This document shows positions 62,901-64,000 of a stretch of DNA of 64,000 nt, piece after piece. Under the pieces are notes generated by a model. That model was not told the origin of the DNA and made no database searches. It was given only the letters and a program-made list of their open reading frames with translations. The DNA is from Azolla caroliniana. Taxonomy: Eukaryota; Plantae; Polypodiophyta. The stretch spans positions 5,952,001 to 6,016,000 of the forward strand of contig JBHGNT010000020.1 of the NCBI GenBank assembly GCA_043228905.1, in the 5' to 3' direction. The translations under genes were made by a program, and so were the position numbers. Every line of letters begins with the position of its first letter. Position 1 is the stretch's first letter.

Positions 62901-64000
62901 CCCCGTAAACCGCTACGGCTACGATGAGTACATGGCGTATCACTACGCTTTTATGATGAAAGTAGCGTCAGTACGGGAACCGCAACCGCAACCGCAAAGG
63001 ATCCGCGATGGGTTGACGGGATGAATGAGGAGATGGAAGCTTTATGCAAAAACGAGACATGGGATCTCATTCGTCTCCCCCCAAACAAGAAAGCGATTGG
63101 TTGTAGATGGATATACAAAGTAAAATACAATGCTGATGGATCCATAAATTGCTTCAAAGCACAGCTCCTTGCAAAAGGCTACGCGCAAACGCACAACATA
63201 GACTACGAAGAAACCTTTGCCCCGGTGGCAAAGATGACAATTGTACAGATAGTAATTGCACTCGCCGCAGCGAAGGGATGGCACCTCCACTAGATGGATG
63301 TGAAAAATGCTTTCCTCCAAGGAGAGTTAGAAGAAGAGGTGTACATGATACAACCAACCGGATTTGAATCGCGTAAACATCCACGCGCCGTATGCCAACT
63401 CAAGAAGCCACTCTACGGCCTCAAACAAGCACCACGTGCTTGGCATTCGAAGATCACGCAGTATCTTCATCAAGTTGGATTTTGGATGTCAAAATCCGAT
63501 ACTTCTCTGTACATCCGAAATGAGTCGGATAGCCCGATCATCATCATCCTATACATGGATGACTTAGTCATCAGAGGAAAGGATCTTGCCGAGATCAACA
63601 AAGTAAAAACACTTCTCTCCAGCAGATTCAAAATGAAAGACCTACACGAACTCCATTACTTCCTAGGCATTCAAGTAATTCGGACACCAATCGGGATAAT
63701 GATCTCACAATGGCACTATGTCCTCAACTTACTCTACAAGTTCGGAATGACCAAGTGCAAGTTTGTGTCTACCCCTCTCGATCGTAACTCAGTATCGACA
63801 ACTGATCAGTAGATTGATCTATCTAACCATTACGTGACCCGACCTCAGTTATTCGGTCAGCCTACTTAGCCAATTCATGCAGAATCTGTGAAACCTTCAT
63901 CTTGGTTGTGCTAAGAGGATACTACGGTATGTCAGTACGACAATGGCTTACAAAATCATGTATAAATCGAACACGACTATTCGACTCGAAGGGTACACCA
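59946..64000 (+). mobile_element. Copia element E (LTR 59946-60243, gag-PR-IN-RT), runs off the window end
   Basis: LTR is related to 46179-46444. PBS TGGTATCAAAG at 60244, [35 protein letters not shown]-type motif, LYMDDLV. Confidence 0.92.

Overview
The window is almost entirely nested, mostly decayed LTR retrotransposons from a eukaryotic genome. The iMet and plant tRNA-Trp primer sites, Tcn1-like and Ylt1-like gypsy families and heavy C>T decay suggest a seed-free land plant such as a fern. I found no host gene, rRNA or true tRNA gene. Four elements have both LTRs and matching target-site duplications (TSDs): copia A 5330-20306 (ATTAT, middle replaced by a patchwork), copia B 20952-26200 (CTCAT), a Ylt1-like gypsy 26791-33874 (ACGT) and a Tcn1-like chromovirus 39378-45042 (GAGGT). 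The first three sit inside an older chromovirus. Two systems stand out. (1) The Tcn1-like family has no tRNA primer site but shows a Tf1-type self-priming match, and all four of its LTR copies that retain the U3 end carry a tRNA-type Pol III A/B-box cassette there, antisense to the element. (2) A Ylt1-like autonomous family and pol-less partners share a Trp primer site, LTR termini, a covarying pre-PPT hairpin with a palindromic ACCGGT loop and an NCGT insertion preference. The autonomous copy also has a -1 frameshift signal between protease and RT. All coordinates and alignments were read by eye and no database search was run.
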